A stretch of DNA of 64,000 nucleotides, taken from the NCBI GenBank assembly GCA_964632215.1, contig CAZWBG010000001.1:623863-687862 (forward strand), given 5' to 3'. The position numbers and the translations under genes are program-made. Shown here one piece after another: positions 8,882 through 18,475 of this stretch (its first letter is position 1; every line of letters begins with the position of its first letter). The notes beneath the pieces were generated by a model that saw only the letters and a program-made list of their open reading frames with translations, did no database searches and had not been told where the DNA came from. The stretch is from an uncultured Candidatus Saccharibacteria bacterium. Lineage in GTDB: Bacteria > Patescibacteriota > Saccharimonadia > Saccharimonadales > UBA7683.

Positions 8882-10404
8882 TGAAAAAATTATTAACCCT
8901 GTTCTCTTTCGGTGTTGTGACTATGGCACTTTTCATTACCACTCAGCCCACAACTGTTCAGGCTGCATTCGTGCAGAATAACATTATGGATGATGCTGTG
9001 TTTGACGACACATCAACAATGTCCGCTGGGCAGATTCAGGATTTCTTAAACGGCTTTCCGAGCAGTTGTATAAAAAACCTGCAGACGCCCTATCCTCAAG
9101 ACTATTTTACTTATGGAGGAAATGTTTCTGCCGCTACGGCCATTAGACGCGTCGCAGATCTATGGGGATTAAATCCACGAGTCATACTTGCAACTCTAGA
9201 AAAGGAATCATCCCTGGTAACTGGTGGGGCAGGGTGTGATAACTGGAGGTTTACTTCTGCCATGGGCTATAACTGTCCTGACTCGGGTGGAAGATACGAC
9301 TATCCTGCCATCGGCGTATACGGAACATGCGTAAAGAAGGAGTCTGACGCCGGTTTCATACGACAAGTAAACCACGGTTCATGGCAACTAAAATTCAATA
9401 AAGAACGAGCTGATAATAATCTCTCCTGGAATGGCGATGGAAATCTAGACAATTATGGATTTATGACCCAGGGCTATAGAAGCATTCGACTGGGTAGCCC
9501 AGCAGCCTACTACAGCGGTAATTATGCCATAGATGGCACGGCTGTGCACATGGATAACGGCACCACAGCATCCCTCTATACCTACACGCCCCATCTTTCT
9601 GGTAATCGAAACTTTGTAACAATTTTTGAAAGATGGTTTAACACAACACGTGCAAACGATACAAGCGTCCCACACCCCAATGGAGCCCTCATTAGTGATG
9701 GGCAGTACGTATATAGAGTAGAGAACGGTACACGTCGTCATATTGGTGCTGCTGCTTTTAACGCATATGGCTATAACTGGTCACAGGTGAAACCCGCCTC
9801 TACTGGCGATCGAAACCTCCTCATTCCAGGAACGCCGCTCTGGGTTGTTCCAACGGGAACCGTGTTTACCGCGAATGACGGTAAGGTATATGTTGCTGAT
9901 GACAGAAGTGGAACCCTAAAAAAACAGTGGATGTCAGCCAGTACTTTTGAAAAGTTAAAATACAGCTGGTCACAGGTGATAGCTACGGGCTCGTCTTCTG
10001 ACGTTCCTCCTATAACAGAACCTGGTCTCTTAGAAGACACGAGACACCCCAGCGGAACAGTAGTAAAGATCAACAGTGAAGTGTACGTCATAGATCGCTA
10101 CACTCTACGCTACGTGACGGCAGTAGCTTTTGCTAGCAACACTTTTAGGTGGGACCGACTCATTGATGCCAGTGCTGACGACAGTTCACTCGCCAAGGGC
10201 TCTAGTCTCGACCTCCAGCCCGGTACTATTCTCTATAGTAATGGCAATGTATATGTGACAGATAAGGATAGTGGTGGAATCTTCAAGAGGCCCTTTGGTC
10301 CATGGGAATGTTTTGCCGACAGACTACACTACACCGGCAACGATTGGCTATCCGTACCCGTAAGCGCTCTGCCAGTACGAACAGGTGGATCGTTTAGCTG
10401 CTAA
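8881..10404 (+). CDS. secreted protein: candidate lysozyme/transglycosylase-like N-domain plus four C-terminal ~55-aa repeats
   Basis: 507 aa. Signal peptide MKKLLTLFSFGVVTMALFITTQPTTVQA. ILATLEKESSLV region carries an E-S motif reminiscent of SLT-type enzymes. Four tandem modules are visible by eye from about aa 270. Confidence 0.45.
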   Translation: MKKLLTLFSFGVVTMALFITTQPTTVQAAFVQNNIMDDAVFDDTSTMSAGQIQDFLNGFPSSCIKNLQTPYPQDYFTYGGNVSAATAIRRVADLWGLNPRVILATLEKESSLVTGGAGCDNWRFTSAMGYNCPDSGGRYDYPAIGVYGTCVKKESDAGFIRQVNHGSWQLKFNKERADNNLSWNGDGNLDNYGFMTQGYRSIRLGSPAAYYSGNYAIDGTAVHMDNGTTASLYTYTPHLSGNRNFVTIFERWFNTTRANDTSVPHPNGALISDGQYVYRVENGTRRHIGAAAFNAYGYNWSQVKPASTGDRNLLIPGTPLWVVPTGTVFTANDGKVYVADDRSGTLKKQWMSASTFEKLKYSWSQVIATGSSSDVPPITEPGLLEDTRHPSGTVVKINSEVYVIDRYTLRYVTAVAFASNTFRWDRLIDASADDSSLAKGSSLDLQPGTILYSNGNVYVTDKDSGGIFKRPFGPWECFADRLHYTGNDWLSVPVSALPVRTGGSFSC

Positions 10405-10457
10405 GCGGCTCCCTACTGCTGTTATCTCAACACTTTAATGTTACAATAGAGTGATCC

Positions 10458-11813
10458 ATGAAAGAGGCTATACACCGAAAACGCATATTGATTATCTCGC
10501 ATGATAAAATTGGTACGAAGATGGCCGGGCCTGGTATTCGCTACCACTACATGGCAGAAGCTCTCTCCGATTCATTTGATGTGACCGTTGGCTTCTTCGA
10601 CCCTACTTACTTGCCTGACAAGAACTTTAAACATAGCTATGAGGTCAAGAGCATAGACGCCAACAAGTTTGAATCTGCATTTAAAGAGTTCGAGATCGTA
10701 ACTGCACTGTATCTAACAAGCTCCATGCTCTACTTCTGTAACATGAGTAACATATTTGTTGTACTTGACCTATATGCACCAGTTCCGGTGGAGAACCTTG
10801 CCGTGCGTATCTTTGGGCAGAAGAAAATAGATCTAGCAATGGACCACGAGTATATAAAATCGCTAGACATGTATCGCCAGTTCTTTGAGAACGGTGACTT
10901 GTTCTTGTGTTCAAACCAAAGACAACTTGACTACTGGATCGGTTACGTATTTGGTTCCGGACTCATCAAACCATCGACTTATCAAAAGCGACCAGTTTAC
11001 GACAGATTTATATATGCACCGATGGGAATTGATTCTTCGCTAAAACTAACTGTACCCGAAAAGTCAGTTATGAAAGGCATACTGCCTGGTATAAAGAAAA
11101 CTGATAAGGTGGTACTCTGGACTGGTGGAATATGGGATTGGTTTGATGGATTAACTCTTATAAAAGCGATGGATATACTGAAGACTAAAGACTCTTCGAT
11201 TAAACTTGTGTTCCTAGGAACACAGCACCCCAACTCTTCAATTCCAGAAATGAGTGAGTCACTGCAATCTAGAAAGCTTGCAGACAAGCTAAACCTTACC
11301 AATAAGTCTGTCTTCTTTAAGGACGGTTGGGTTAACTACGATATGCGCATGGCATACTTGGTGGAGGCTGATCTTGCAATCTACACCCACAAACCATCTA
11401 TTGAAACTGAGTTTTCTCACCGTACTCGTGTACTTGATCATATCTTAGCTGAACTGCCTACGGTGGCTACTGAGGGTGACTATTTTGCCGATGATGTTAT
11501 CTCAAACAAACTAGGTGTGGTCTGCCCTCCTGACAACCCCCTGGCCATAGCGGATGCTATTTTATATACCCTAGAACCAAAGAATTACGCGAGGATCAAG
11601 AAGAATCTACATACGATACGTCCAGATTACGACTGGGCTAAGACGCTGGGAGTCTTTAAGGCATTTCTCAAAACTCAGCCAAAAAAGCTATCTCAACTAC
11701 CTTCCTCGATGCCAGCAAAGCGCGACAAACCCACCCGTCGCCTGTTAAAAAAAGTGTTGCCGACCTCCGCTAAAAAAGCTCTGGTTACTCTATCAAGAAA
11801 GATTCAGGAATAA
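10458..11813 (+). CDS. glycosyltransferase candidate (GT-B like)
   Basis: 451 aa. RILIISHDKIGTKMAGPGIRY N-terminus and a second Rossmann-like half (VVLWTGGIWDWFD...). Assignment is mostly by context and general architecture. Confidence 0.45.
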   Translation: MKEAIHRKRILIISHDKIGTKMAGPGIRYHYMAEALSDSFDVTVGFFDPTYLPDKNFKHSYEVKSIDANKFESAFKEFEIVTALYLTSSMLYFCNMSNIFVVLDLYAPVPVENLAVRIFGQKKIDLAMDHEYIKSLDMYRQFFENGDLFLCSNQRQLDYWIGYVFGSGLIKPSTYQKRPVYDRFIYAPMGIDSSLKLTVPEKSVMKGILPGIKKTDKVVLWTGGIWDWFDGLTLIKAMDILKTKDSSIKLVFLGTQHPNSSIPEMSESLQSRKLADKLNLTNKSVFFKDGWVNYDMRMAYLVEADLAIYTHKPSIETEFSHRTRVLDHILAELPTVATEGDYFADDVISNKLGVVCPPDNPLAIADAILYTLEPKNYARIKKNLHTIRPDYDWAKTLGVFKAFLKTQPKKLSQLPSSMPAKRDKPTRRLLKKVLPTSAKKALVTLSRKIQE

Positions 11814-11818
11814 ATCTA

Positions 11819-14419
11819 GTGACCAAAAAAAACGTTACTAAGAGACCTTTGGTATCGGTGATTATACTAAACTGGAATGGTCTAGACGACACCAAGCCCT
11901 GTCTGGAACACGTCAGAAAGAGTACCTATCCAAACATAGAGATCATTGTAGTAGACAATGGATCAGTAGATGGTTCTTTGCCATATCTAAGGAAGCAGGA
12001 AGATATTATTCTTGTAGAGAATATCACTAACCGAGGATTTACAGGCGGTCACATTGATGGGTATAAAAAAGCATCTGGTGAGTATATTCTTCTTCTTAAT
12101 AATGACGCCGTTATGGATCTCTCCTATATCGAAACTGCTGCTAACATTCTTCAGGCAAATAAAAAGATTGGCGCAGTGGGCGGCCGAGCATATTTTTGGA
12201 ATAAACAGAACGAGCTTTTTAATTTAACTAGTCCTTTCTATTCCTTTCAGACCGTCAACCCAGTTACGGCAGAGGGTATTTTTAGTACGAGTGATAGCGG
12301 AGCCCTACAAGAGGTGAATGTAGTATCTGGTTCTGCTGTCATGGTTCCACGATCTGTTATAGAGAAGGTTGACTACCTCCATGATCGATTCTTTGCATAT
12401 TACGAGGAGACTGATCTTTTTGCACGCATGAAACGAGCTGGATACAGTATTATATATTCACCTGATCTTAAGATTTGGCATAGGAATGGTGTAACTGCTC
12501 AGCGAAAATCTTCTACTTTTTCATACTACATGATGATGCGAAATCGCTTTTCATTTGCAGTCCGTAATTTTGAGCGTGCTTACTTATGGCGTTTCTTAAA
12601 AAACTACACTAAAACCAACGTCAAAGCTACCCTGAGAGCCATCCTTTACGCTGATGAACGAGCTATTCACTGGGCGTACACCAAGGCTTTCTTGTACAAC
12701 ATCTGCTTCGGCTGGCGAGCATTCATGGAACGTGGGGCCCTTACAAAGCAGCTGGGCAAAAGCCACTATAATCAACAGATTATTTTTGAGCAATCACCTC
12801 TGAGTGTGGTAATTGAGGCTCAGTCAAAAGAGGATGTGTCTATTTGTATAGAATATGCAAAAGGTATGCGCCCAACAGATGAACTTGTCCTAGTTGTTTC
12901 CAGTAAAAACCTGCAAGAATGGTTTAAGAAATCTACTCAAGGTCAACGAATTAGCACTATTCGACTATGTTTTAACAGGAAATACTTCAAGGGTCCTTCT
13001 ATCGATATCGGTGCATTATCTGCAAAGAGCGATTGGCTTGTTGTGCCAGAGAGAGTGAGTGATTTGGCAACTATCAAGGTACACGACCTAAAGTCAGTAT
13101 TATTCGCCCTTGTACGTCATGGGGCGAAGATCAGTGTTCTTTCGCCCGCCAAAACCCTCATACAAAAGCCACGCTCAATCGAGGTACTCTCTCAAAACCT
13201 ACTCCCTTTTGTAGTATTCCACCGCTCCCTGCTCATAAATGCAGGTGGTGCTATCCACACAGACAATATGGGTTCAATACTAAGAGCTTTGTGTCTCTAT
13301 GGAGTTATCTCCCATAGTCTTATTGTTATCGGGTCTAAAACCAAGCAGTCCGCTCGGATGAGTAACTATAAACCCTTCCCCTCAATTGATACACTCTATT
13401 CCGAGCTATCTACTCAATACAACACAAGCAAAAGTCTTCATAGAAGAATTGGGCTGTTCACAAAACTCACTCAACGCTTTTATCGACTCTTTCAAATTCG
13501 CAACTTCTTCGTATGGCTATTCTCAGCGAAAATCCCACTGAGACTCAAACTTGCACGTCTAAAGAATCTGTTTGTGTGCTGTGTCACTCTCAACCAATCC
13601 TGCTTAGCAGTAGAGTTAAAGCATATACGAAACGAGGTTCTCTTCAGCTCAGAGACCGTTGCCGACCTTGAGTTACGTAAGAAACAGGAGACTACAAGAT
13701 TACGAGAGTTAGTGAAGGATTATTCTAGTCTAACTGTATTCATTATATGCCGAGATCGACTCTCACCTCTTGAGCAACTCGTTCCATGGCTAGAGAAGCA
13801 AGGCCTTAAGAAGATCGTGTTTATAGACAATGACTCTGCCTATCCTCCTCTTGTGGAATATCTTCAGAAAACACCCTACCAAGTACTGGAGCTGGGGCGC
13901 AACGTCGGGCACACCTCACCATGGTCAGCAGGGATCATTAGGACACTATTACCAGATGATTTTTATATCGTAACCGACCCTGATGTCATACCAGTCTCAG
14001 AAAATAAAGAACTTATTCCTCGTCTTCTTGAGCTACACAAAAAATTTCCACATCATCTTAAGATTGGTCCAGGTCTGAACATTGACGATTTGCCTGATTC
14101 TTATCGCCTCAAAAATGAAGTTATGCAATGGGAGGCTCAGTTCTGGAAAGATCAAATATTACCTGGGGTATACGAGTCAGGCCTTGATACAACATTTGCT
14201 CTTTACAAGCCGTATACTCACACCTATTTTATCCACCCAAGTCTCAGGACTGGCAAGCCCTATACCGCACGTCACCTGCCTTGGTATAGCGATACCACGA
14301 AGCTAACTGACGAAGATCTTTTTTACAAGCTCCATGCTGATGCCACCATTAACACGTGGGACAAAGGAGCGCTTCCTGAACGCTACCAGAAAGAACTCGC
14401 AAAACAAAAGAGTATTTAG
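11819..14419 (+). CDS. multidomain glycosyltransferase (N-terminal GT2 plus a second C-terminal GT-A-like module)
   Basis: 866 aa, GTG start. GT2 module: VSVIILNWNGLDDTKPCLEHV...IIVVDNGSVDGS...LLNNDAV. C-terminal third repeats a nucleotide-sugar-type pattern: VFIICRDR...IVFIDNDS...IVTDPDV. Confidence 0.65.
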   Translation: MTKKNVTKRPLVSVIILNWNGLDDTKPCLEHVRKSTYPNIEIIVVDNGSVDGSLPYLRKQEDIILVENITNRGFTGGHIDGYKKASGEYILLLNNDAVMDLSYIETAANILQANKKIGAVGGRAYFWNKQNELFNLTSPFYSFQTVNPVTAEGIFSTSDSGALQEVNVVSGSAVMVPRSVIEKVDYLHDRFFAYYEETDLFARMKRAGYSIIYSPDLKIWHRNGVTAQRKSSTFSYYMMMRNRFSFAVRNFERAYLWRFLKNYTKTNVKATLRAILYADERAIHWAYTKAFLYNICFGWRAFMERGALTKQLGKSHYNQQIIFEQSPLSVVIEAQSKEDVSICIEYAKGMRPTDELVLVVSSKNLQEWFKKSTQGQRISTIRLCFNRKYFKGPSIDIGALSAKSDWLVVPERVSDLATIKVHDLKSVLFALVRHGAKISVLSPAKTLIQKPRSIEVLSQNLLPFVVFHRSLLINAGGAIHTDNMGSILRALCLYGVISHSLIVIGSKTKQSARMSNYKPFPSIDTLYSELSTQYNTSKSLHRRIGLFTKLTQRFYRLFQIRNFFVWLFSAKIPLRLKLARLKNLFVCCVTLNQSCLAVELKHIRNEVLFSSETVADLELRKKQETTRLRELVKDYSSLTVFIICRDRLSPLEQLVPWLEKQGLKKIVFIDNDSAYPPLVEYLQKTPYQVLELGRNVGHTSPWSAGIIRTLLPDDFYIVTDPDVIPVSENKELIPRLLELHKKFPHHLKIGPGLNIDDLPDSYRLKNEVMQWEAQFWKDQILPGVYESGLDTTFALYKPYTHTYFIHPSLRTGKPYTARHLPWYSDTTKLTDEDLFYKLHADATINTWDKGALPERYQKELAKQKSI

Positions 14420-15324
14420 TCTCTCGCTATTTTTCTTTTATAATAACCGGCAAGTGTCCGATAAGGGTGTCTTTGCTTGAACTCTAGTTCAGTACGCAAT
14501 CGACTAGCTTCATCCTTAGATGCCTCTGTACTTTTATTGAGTTCTTTTATCTTCTGCTCGTAACCCGAAACTGTGTCATTATGGAAGTTTTCGAAAAGAT
14601 CAATAGGGCCAAATGTCTTTCGCTTTACTTGAGTACTCTTGCCTACTGGCTCTGCTACTCCCACGAACTGAAATGCGCTTGCTTCAGTTTTCTCCATCTT
14701 CTTAAAGAAGTCTTCTTTTGCTTCGAGACCAATTTTCTTCAGATGACTCTTAAGTAAGGTGCGCGGATAGTCTTTCTCTACAAAATCAAACTCAGTAATA
14801 TGGTACCCAGCTTCAGTAAAGACTCGCTCTACCTCAATCTGAGTATAAAAATGGAAGTGTGTCTTGTCGAGGATACCTGTTTCAGTATAATCAAAATTAC
14901 CTTCCAGTAACTCAAGACGTATGCCAATATAAGCCATATTAGGAATTGAGAAAACAATAAATCCACCCTCTCTGAGTAGTGGCTTTACTCGTTTAAGGGT
15001 TTCTACCGGGTCAACAAGATGTTCTATAACATCACCGAAATAAATAACGTCGTAGGTTTCGTTTTTTAACACATCGATATTATCTGTTTCTATATTTAAG
15101 GTATAGACACGACGTAACTTTTTTGTAGCCAATAGCGCGTCTTTTTTATCAAGTTCAACACCATCTACAGTACAACCTTTTTGCTTAATAAGCACTTCCC
15201 CAAAATTACCACTACTACAGCCTACGTCTAAGACGGTTGTCTTTTTTGGAATACGTGAAAAAACTTTATACCAGGAGGTATTTTTATTTGAATCATCAAA
15301 TGAGCTATCACTATAATTGGACAT
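14416..15324 (-). CDS. class I SAM-dependent methyltransferase with charged helical C-terminal tail
   Basis: 302 aa with VLDVGCSSGNFG (motif I) and VIYFGDVIEHL. Tail is YEQKIKELNKSTEASKDEASRLRTELEFKQ. Start overlaps the Wzt-like stop by 1 nt. Confidence 0.75.
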   Translation of the reverse strand: MSNYSDSSFDDSNKNTSWYKVFSRIPKKTTVLDVGCSSGNFGEVLIKQKGCTVDGVELDKKDALLATKKLRRVYTLNIETDNIDVLKNETYDVIYFGDVIEHLVDPVETLKRVKPLLREGGFIVFSIPNMAYIGIRLELLEGNFDYTETGILDKTHFHFYTQIEVERVFTEAGYHITEFDFVEKDYPRTLLKSHLKKIGLEAKEDFFKKMEKTEASAFQFVGVAEPVGKSTQVKRKTFGPIDLFENFHNDTVSGYEQKIKELNKSTEASKDEASRLRTELEFKQRHPYRTLAGYYKRKIARD

Positions 15325-16502
15325 TACGATTCCCAGCCATGCTGCAGTTCGGTAACACCCCCCCAGCCTAAAGGTTTTTTGGTTTCTATAATAAATGATG
15401 GGCCTTCGTCGATAAATTCTAGCACCTCACTGTCTGTAGACCCAAAAAGACCAGCTTTTAAGTAATAGTCGCCGGGACCTATGTTGAGATCTACGATGTA
15501 ATCCAGGCTGTTCTTGCCTTTCTTGAGCTTAATCTTATCTCGATACGTATTGGGTCCATATATATACTCTCCGCTTTGTTTCATTATAGCCACACCGACA
15601 TTTTGTATGCCCTGCCTTTGCCAACTAAGACGAATTCTCATCTTTTCATTATGCTGAAATCTCTTTTTTGGCTTACTAGTAACTGCGTCGAGGGTTTGTA
15701 GTTTGAAGTTACCCGTGTAAGGCTTCTTTTCTTCCTGTAATTGCTTACTTGCTGCGTAACTTTCTTTGTTGTGCTCACTATAGAGTCGGGCTATGGATCC
15801 GGGTGTGCCCTCTTCAATAATCTTACCGTCTTCTATCATAATAGCTCTGTTACAAAACTTCTCGACTACGCCCATATCATGCGTCACCAGAACAATTGTC
15901 TGCTTATTAGCTTTGTACTTTTCAAATACGTTTGTACATTTTTTTTGGAAGGCTTCGTCCCCAACTGCTAAAACCTCGTCAAGCACTAAGATGTCACTTT
16001 TTGCTTGTATCGCGATAGAGAATGCTAGTCTAACCTGCATACCACTCGAGTAATTCTTGAGTTTCTGATCCATAAAGCGCTCGAGCTCTGCGAATTCTAC
16101 AATACTATCGTACATTTTCAGCATCTCTTTTCGTGAGAAGCCTAGTAATGCACCATTTAAGAATACATTCTCTCTTCCTGTAAGCTCTGGGTTAAAACCA
16201 ACTCCCAATTCTATGAAAGGGGTTAGCGAACCATTTACCTGTACTGTTCCGCTATCGGCGCTATAAATTCCAGCAATGAGTTTGAGTAGAGTACTCTTAC
16301 CCGAGCCATTCCTACCCACGATTCCAAAGAAATCACCTTTCTTGATCTCGAAGTTAATGTTTTTAAGGACTTGTTGAGTCTCATATCCTTTTTGGGAACG
16401 ACCAAGATTTACAATAGCACCCTTTATCGAGCTCTGTTTCTCGTGAGGTAATTTAAAAGTTTTATGAAGTCCCTCAATTTTGATTGCATTCTCTTTATCC
16501 AT
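15324..16502 (-). CDS. polysaccharide ABC exporter ATPase with C-terminal beta-rich extension (Wzt/TagH-like)
   Basis: Trimmed to ATG 16502 (MDKENAIKIEGL). Walker A GRNGSGKST, signature YSSGMQVRL, Walker B ILVLDE. About 150 extra residues follow the NBD. Confidence 0.9.
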   Translation of the reverse strand: MDKENAIKIEGLHKTFKLPHEKQSSIKGAIVNLGRSQKGYETQQVLKNINFEIKKGDFFGIVGRNGSGKSTLLKLIAGIYSADSGTVQVNGSLTPFIELGVGFNPELTGRENVFLNGALLGFSRKEMLKMYDSIVEFAELERFMDQKLKNYSSGMQVRLAFSIAIQAKSDILVLDEVLAVGDEAFQKKCTNVFEKYKANKQTIVLVTHDMGVVEKFCNRAIMIEDGKIIEEGTPGSIARLYSEHNKESYAASKQLQEEKKPYTGNFKLQTLDAVTSKPKKRFQHNEKMRIRLSWQRQGIQNVGVAIMKQSGEYIYGPNTYRDKIKLKKGKNSLDYIVDLNIGPGDYYLKAGLFGSTDSEVLEFIDEGPSFIIETKKPLGWGGVTELQHGWES

Positions 16503-16503
16503 T

Positions 16504-17304
16504 TTATATGTTCTCCGCGAAATATTTAGACTCTTTGCGGAAGTACCATACTCCAAAAATTAGGACGAGTAGTGTAATGATATAGGGTATTAAACCATAC
16601 CATCCTCCATGAAACACGCGTTGAGCCGTGATCGTCTCATGAGTGACTACCTCGTAACGAGCATCTTGTATCGCCTGGGCAACTGGGTTCATGAACATTA
16701 ATTTTTGTATCGTAACATTCGGGATCATCGCAATAGAATACAGGATTGGTGTTGCATAGAAACCAGCCTGCAGTAGAACCTCCCATACATAACTGATGTC
16801 TCTGTATTTTACAAAAGCGGCAGCGAGAAACAGAGACACACCAAGAGCAAAAACATAAAGCTCAAGTAACGTAAGTGGCAAGAGCACTATGGTTGCTGAT
16901 ATATCTACCTTATTAATAATCATGAAAACTGCAATGACTAGCAGGTTAAGTCCTAAGTTAATCAATGCCGCCAAACTGCTTGAGAGTACAATAATCCACC
17001 GTGGAATCTTTATCTTTCGTATTAGATCACCTCTACCAACAATGGAGCCTAGGCTTTGCATAGTCATCTCCACAAAAAAATTCCAAAGTACGATTCCCAG
17101 TAGTAGATATACTGGGAAGTGAGGAATATCATTACCAAGTTTTAAGAATTTAACAAATACTACATAGAGAATAACGAACAAGAATAATGGGCGAAGCAGT
17201 GACCAGGCATAGCCGAGAGCAGAGCCCTGGTAGCGCAGTTTGAAATCGGTGCTTACGAGTTCACTGAGTAGAACTCTGTTCTTCTTAGAAAATATATGTT
17301 TCAT
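16504..17304 (-). CDS. ABC-2 type polysaccharide exporter permease (Wzm/TagG-like)
   Basis: 266 aa with six hydrophobic segments. Lies immediately upstream of, and is translationally adjacent to, the ATPase gene. Confidence 0.85.
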   Translation of the reverse strand: MKHIFSKKNRVLLSELVSTDFKLRYQGSALGYAWSLLRPLFLFVILYVVFVKFLKLGNDIPHFPVYLLLGIVLWNFFVEMTMQSLGSIVGRGDLIRKIKIPRWIIVLSSSLAALINLGLNLLVIAVFMIINKVDISATIVLLPLTLLELYVFALGVSLFLAAAFVKYRDISYVWEVLLQAGFYATPILYSIAMIPNVTIQKLMFMNPVAQAIQDARYEVVTHETITAQRVFHGGWYGLIPYIITLLVLIFGVWYFRKESKYFAENI

Positions 17305-17372
17305 AGTCTATTACAGTACTTCATTATATTCTATTCGCCAACTTCTATAAAGATGCATTACAATTATTAGCA

Positions 17373-18380
17373 ATGAGTAACAAAAATTCTACAGCAGTTG
17401 TCATACCAAACTGGGATGGAATCGACATGATCGGCGAGTGTCTCACCTCTTTAGAGACTCAGTCTTTAGTCGTAACTATAGTGGTGGTTGATAACGGTTC
17501 AAAAGATGGCTCTGTTGATTTTATAAAAACTAAGTTTCCGGAAGTCACCTTACTTGAATTACCCGAGAACACGGGTTTTACGGGTGGAGTCAATACTGGC
17601 ATCAAGTACGCACTAAAACATGACTATGAATTTATAGTACTTTTTAATAACGATGCCTTAGCCAGTAAGGATTGGGTCAAAAACCTGGTACAAGCGGCCC
17701 AAAACGATGAGAGTGCAGGTATTGTCACTGGTAAGTTTATGTTGATGGATAAAAAACACTTAGATAGTACAGGCGATATCCTCAGTATCTGGGGCTTGCC
17801 ATTTCCCCGTGGTCGCAATGAGCTAGATACTGGTCAATTCGATCTGCCTGAGTATGTTTTTGGTGCCACAGGTGGTGCAACATTGTATCGAACCAAAATG
17901 TTACGAAAAATTGGTATATTTGACGATAACTTCTTTGCCTATTTTGAAGATGTAGACATGAGCTTTCGAGCTCAATTAGCTGGCTGGAAAGTACTCTACA
18001 CACCAGATGCGGTCGCCTACCACCACCTTTCTCAAACCAGCTCTCGACACGGTTCATTCGCTCGGTATCACAGTATTAAAAACTTCATTTTACTCTATAA
18101 CAAAAATATGCCAGGTTGGCTTTTTTGGAAGTACAAACCGCTCTTTTTCATACAATTAGCTCGAATGAAGATTGGTGCTATTCGTGACAAGCAGTTAGGT
18201 GTTTTTATAAAAGCAGTCTTTGCAGGAATAAAACTAACACCGAGTACCTTAAAAAAGCGCCGTCAGATTCAAGCTAACAAGAAAGTAAGCACTGAGTATA
18301 TTGATGGTCTGCTTTATCACTCAAGACCTCCAAAAATAAAGCATATCGCTAGTAAAAAATCAGCTAATAGAGTAAACTAG
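17373..18380 (+). CDS. family 2 glycosyltransferase (rhamnosyltransferase-like)
   Basis: 335 aa with AVVIPNWDGIDMIGECLTSL, VVVDNGSKDGS, FNNDA and FAYFEDVDMSFR. Confidence 0.8.
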   Translation: MSNKNSTAVVIPNWDGIDMIGECLTSLETQSLVVTIVVVDNGSKDGSVDFIKTKFPEVTLLELPENTGFTGGVNTGIKYALKHDYEFIVLFNNDALASKDWVKNLVQAAQNDESAGIVTGKFMLMDKKHLDSTGDILSIWGLPFPRGRNELDTGQFDLPEYVFGATGGATLYRTKMLRKIGIFDDNFFAYFEDVDMSFRAQLAGWKVLYTPDAVAYHHLSQTSSRHGSFARYHSIKNFILLYNKNMPGWLFWKYKPLFFIQLARMKIGAIRDKQLGVFIKAVFAGIKLTPSTLKKRRQIQANKKVSTEYIDGLLYHSRPPKIKHIASKKSANRVN

Positions 18381-18475
18381 CTCTTATTTTATTAAACAAA
18401 TCCTTGTTTCTATGTATACTAAGGCTTGTTAGGTCAGTCGTACTGACCACTATAATGTAGATAGGAGAGATTATT

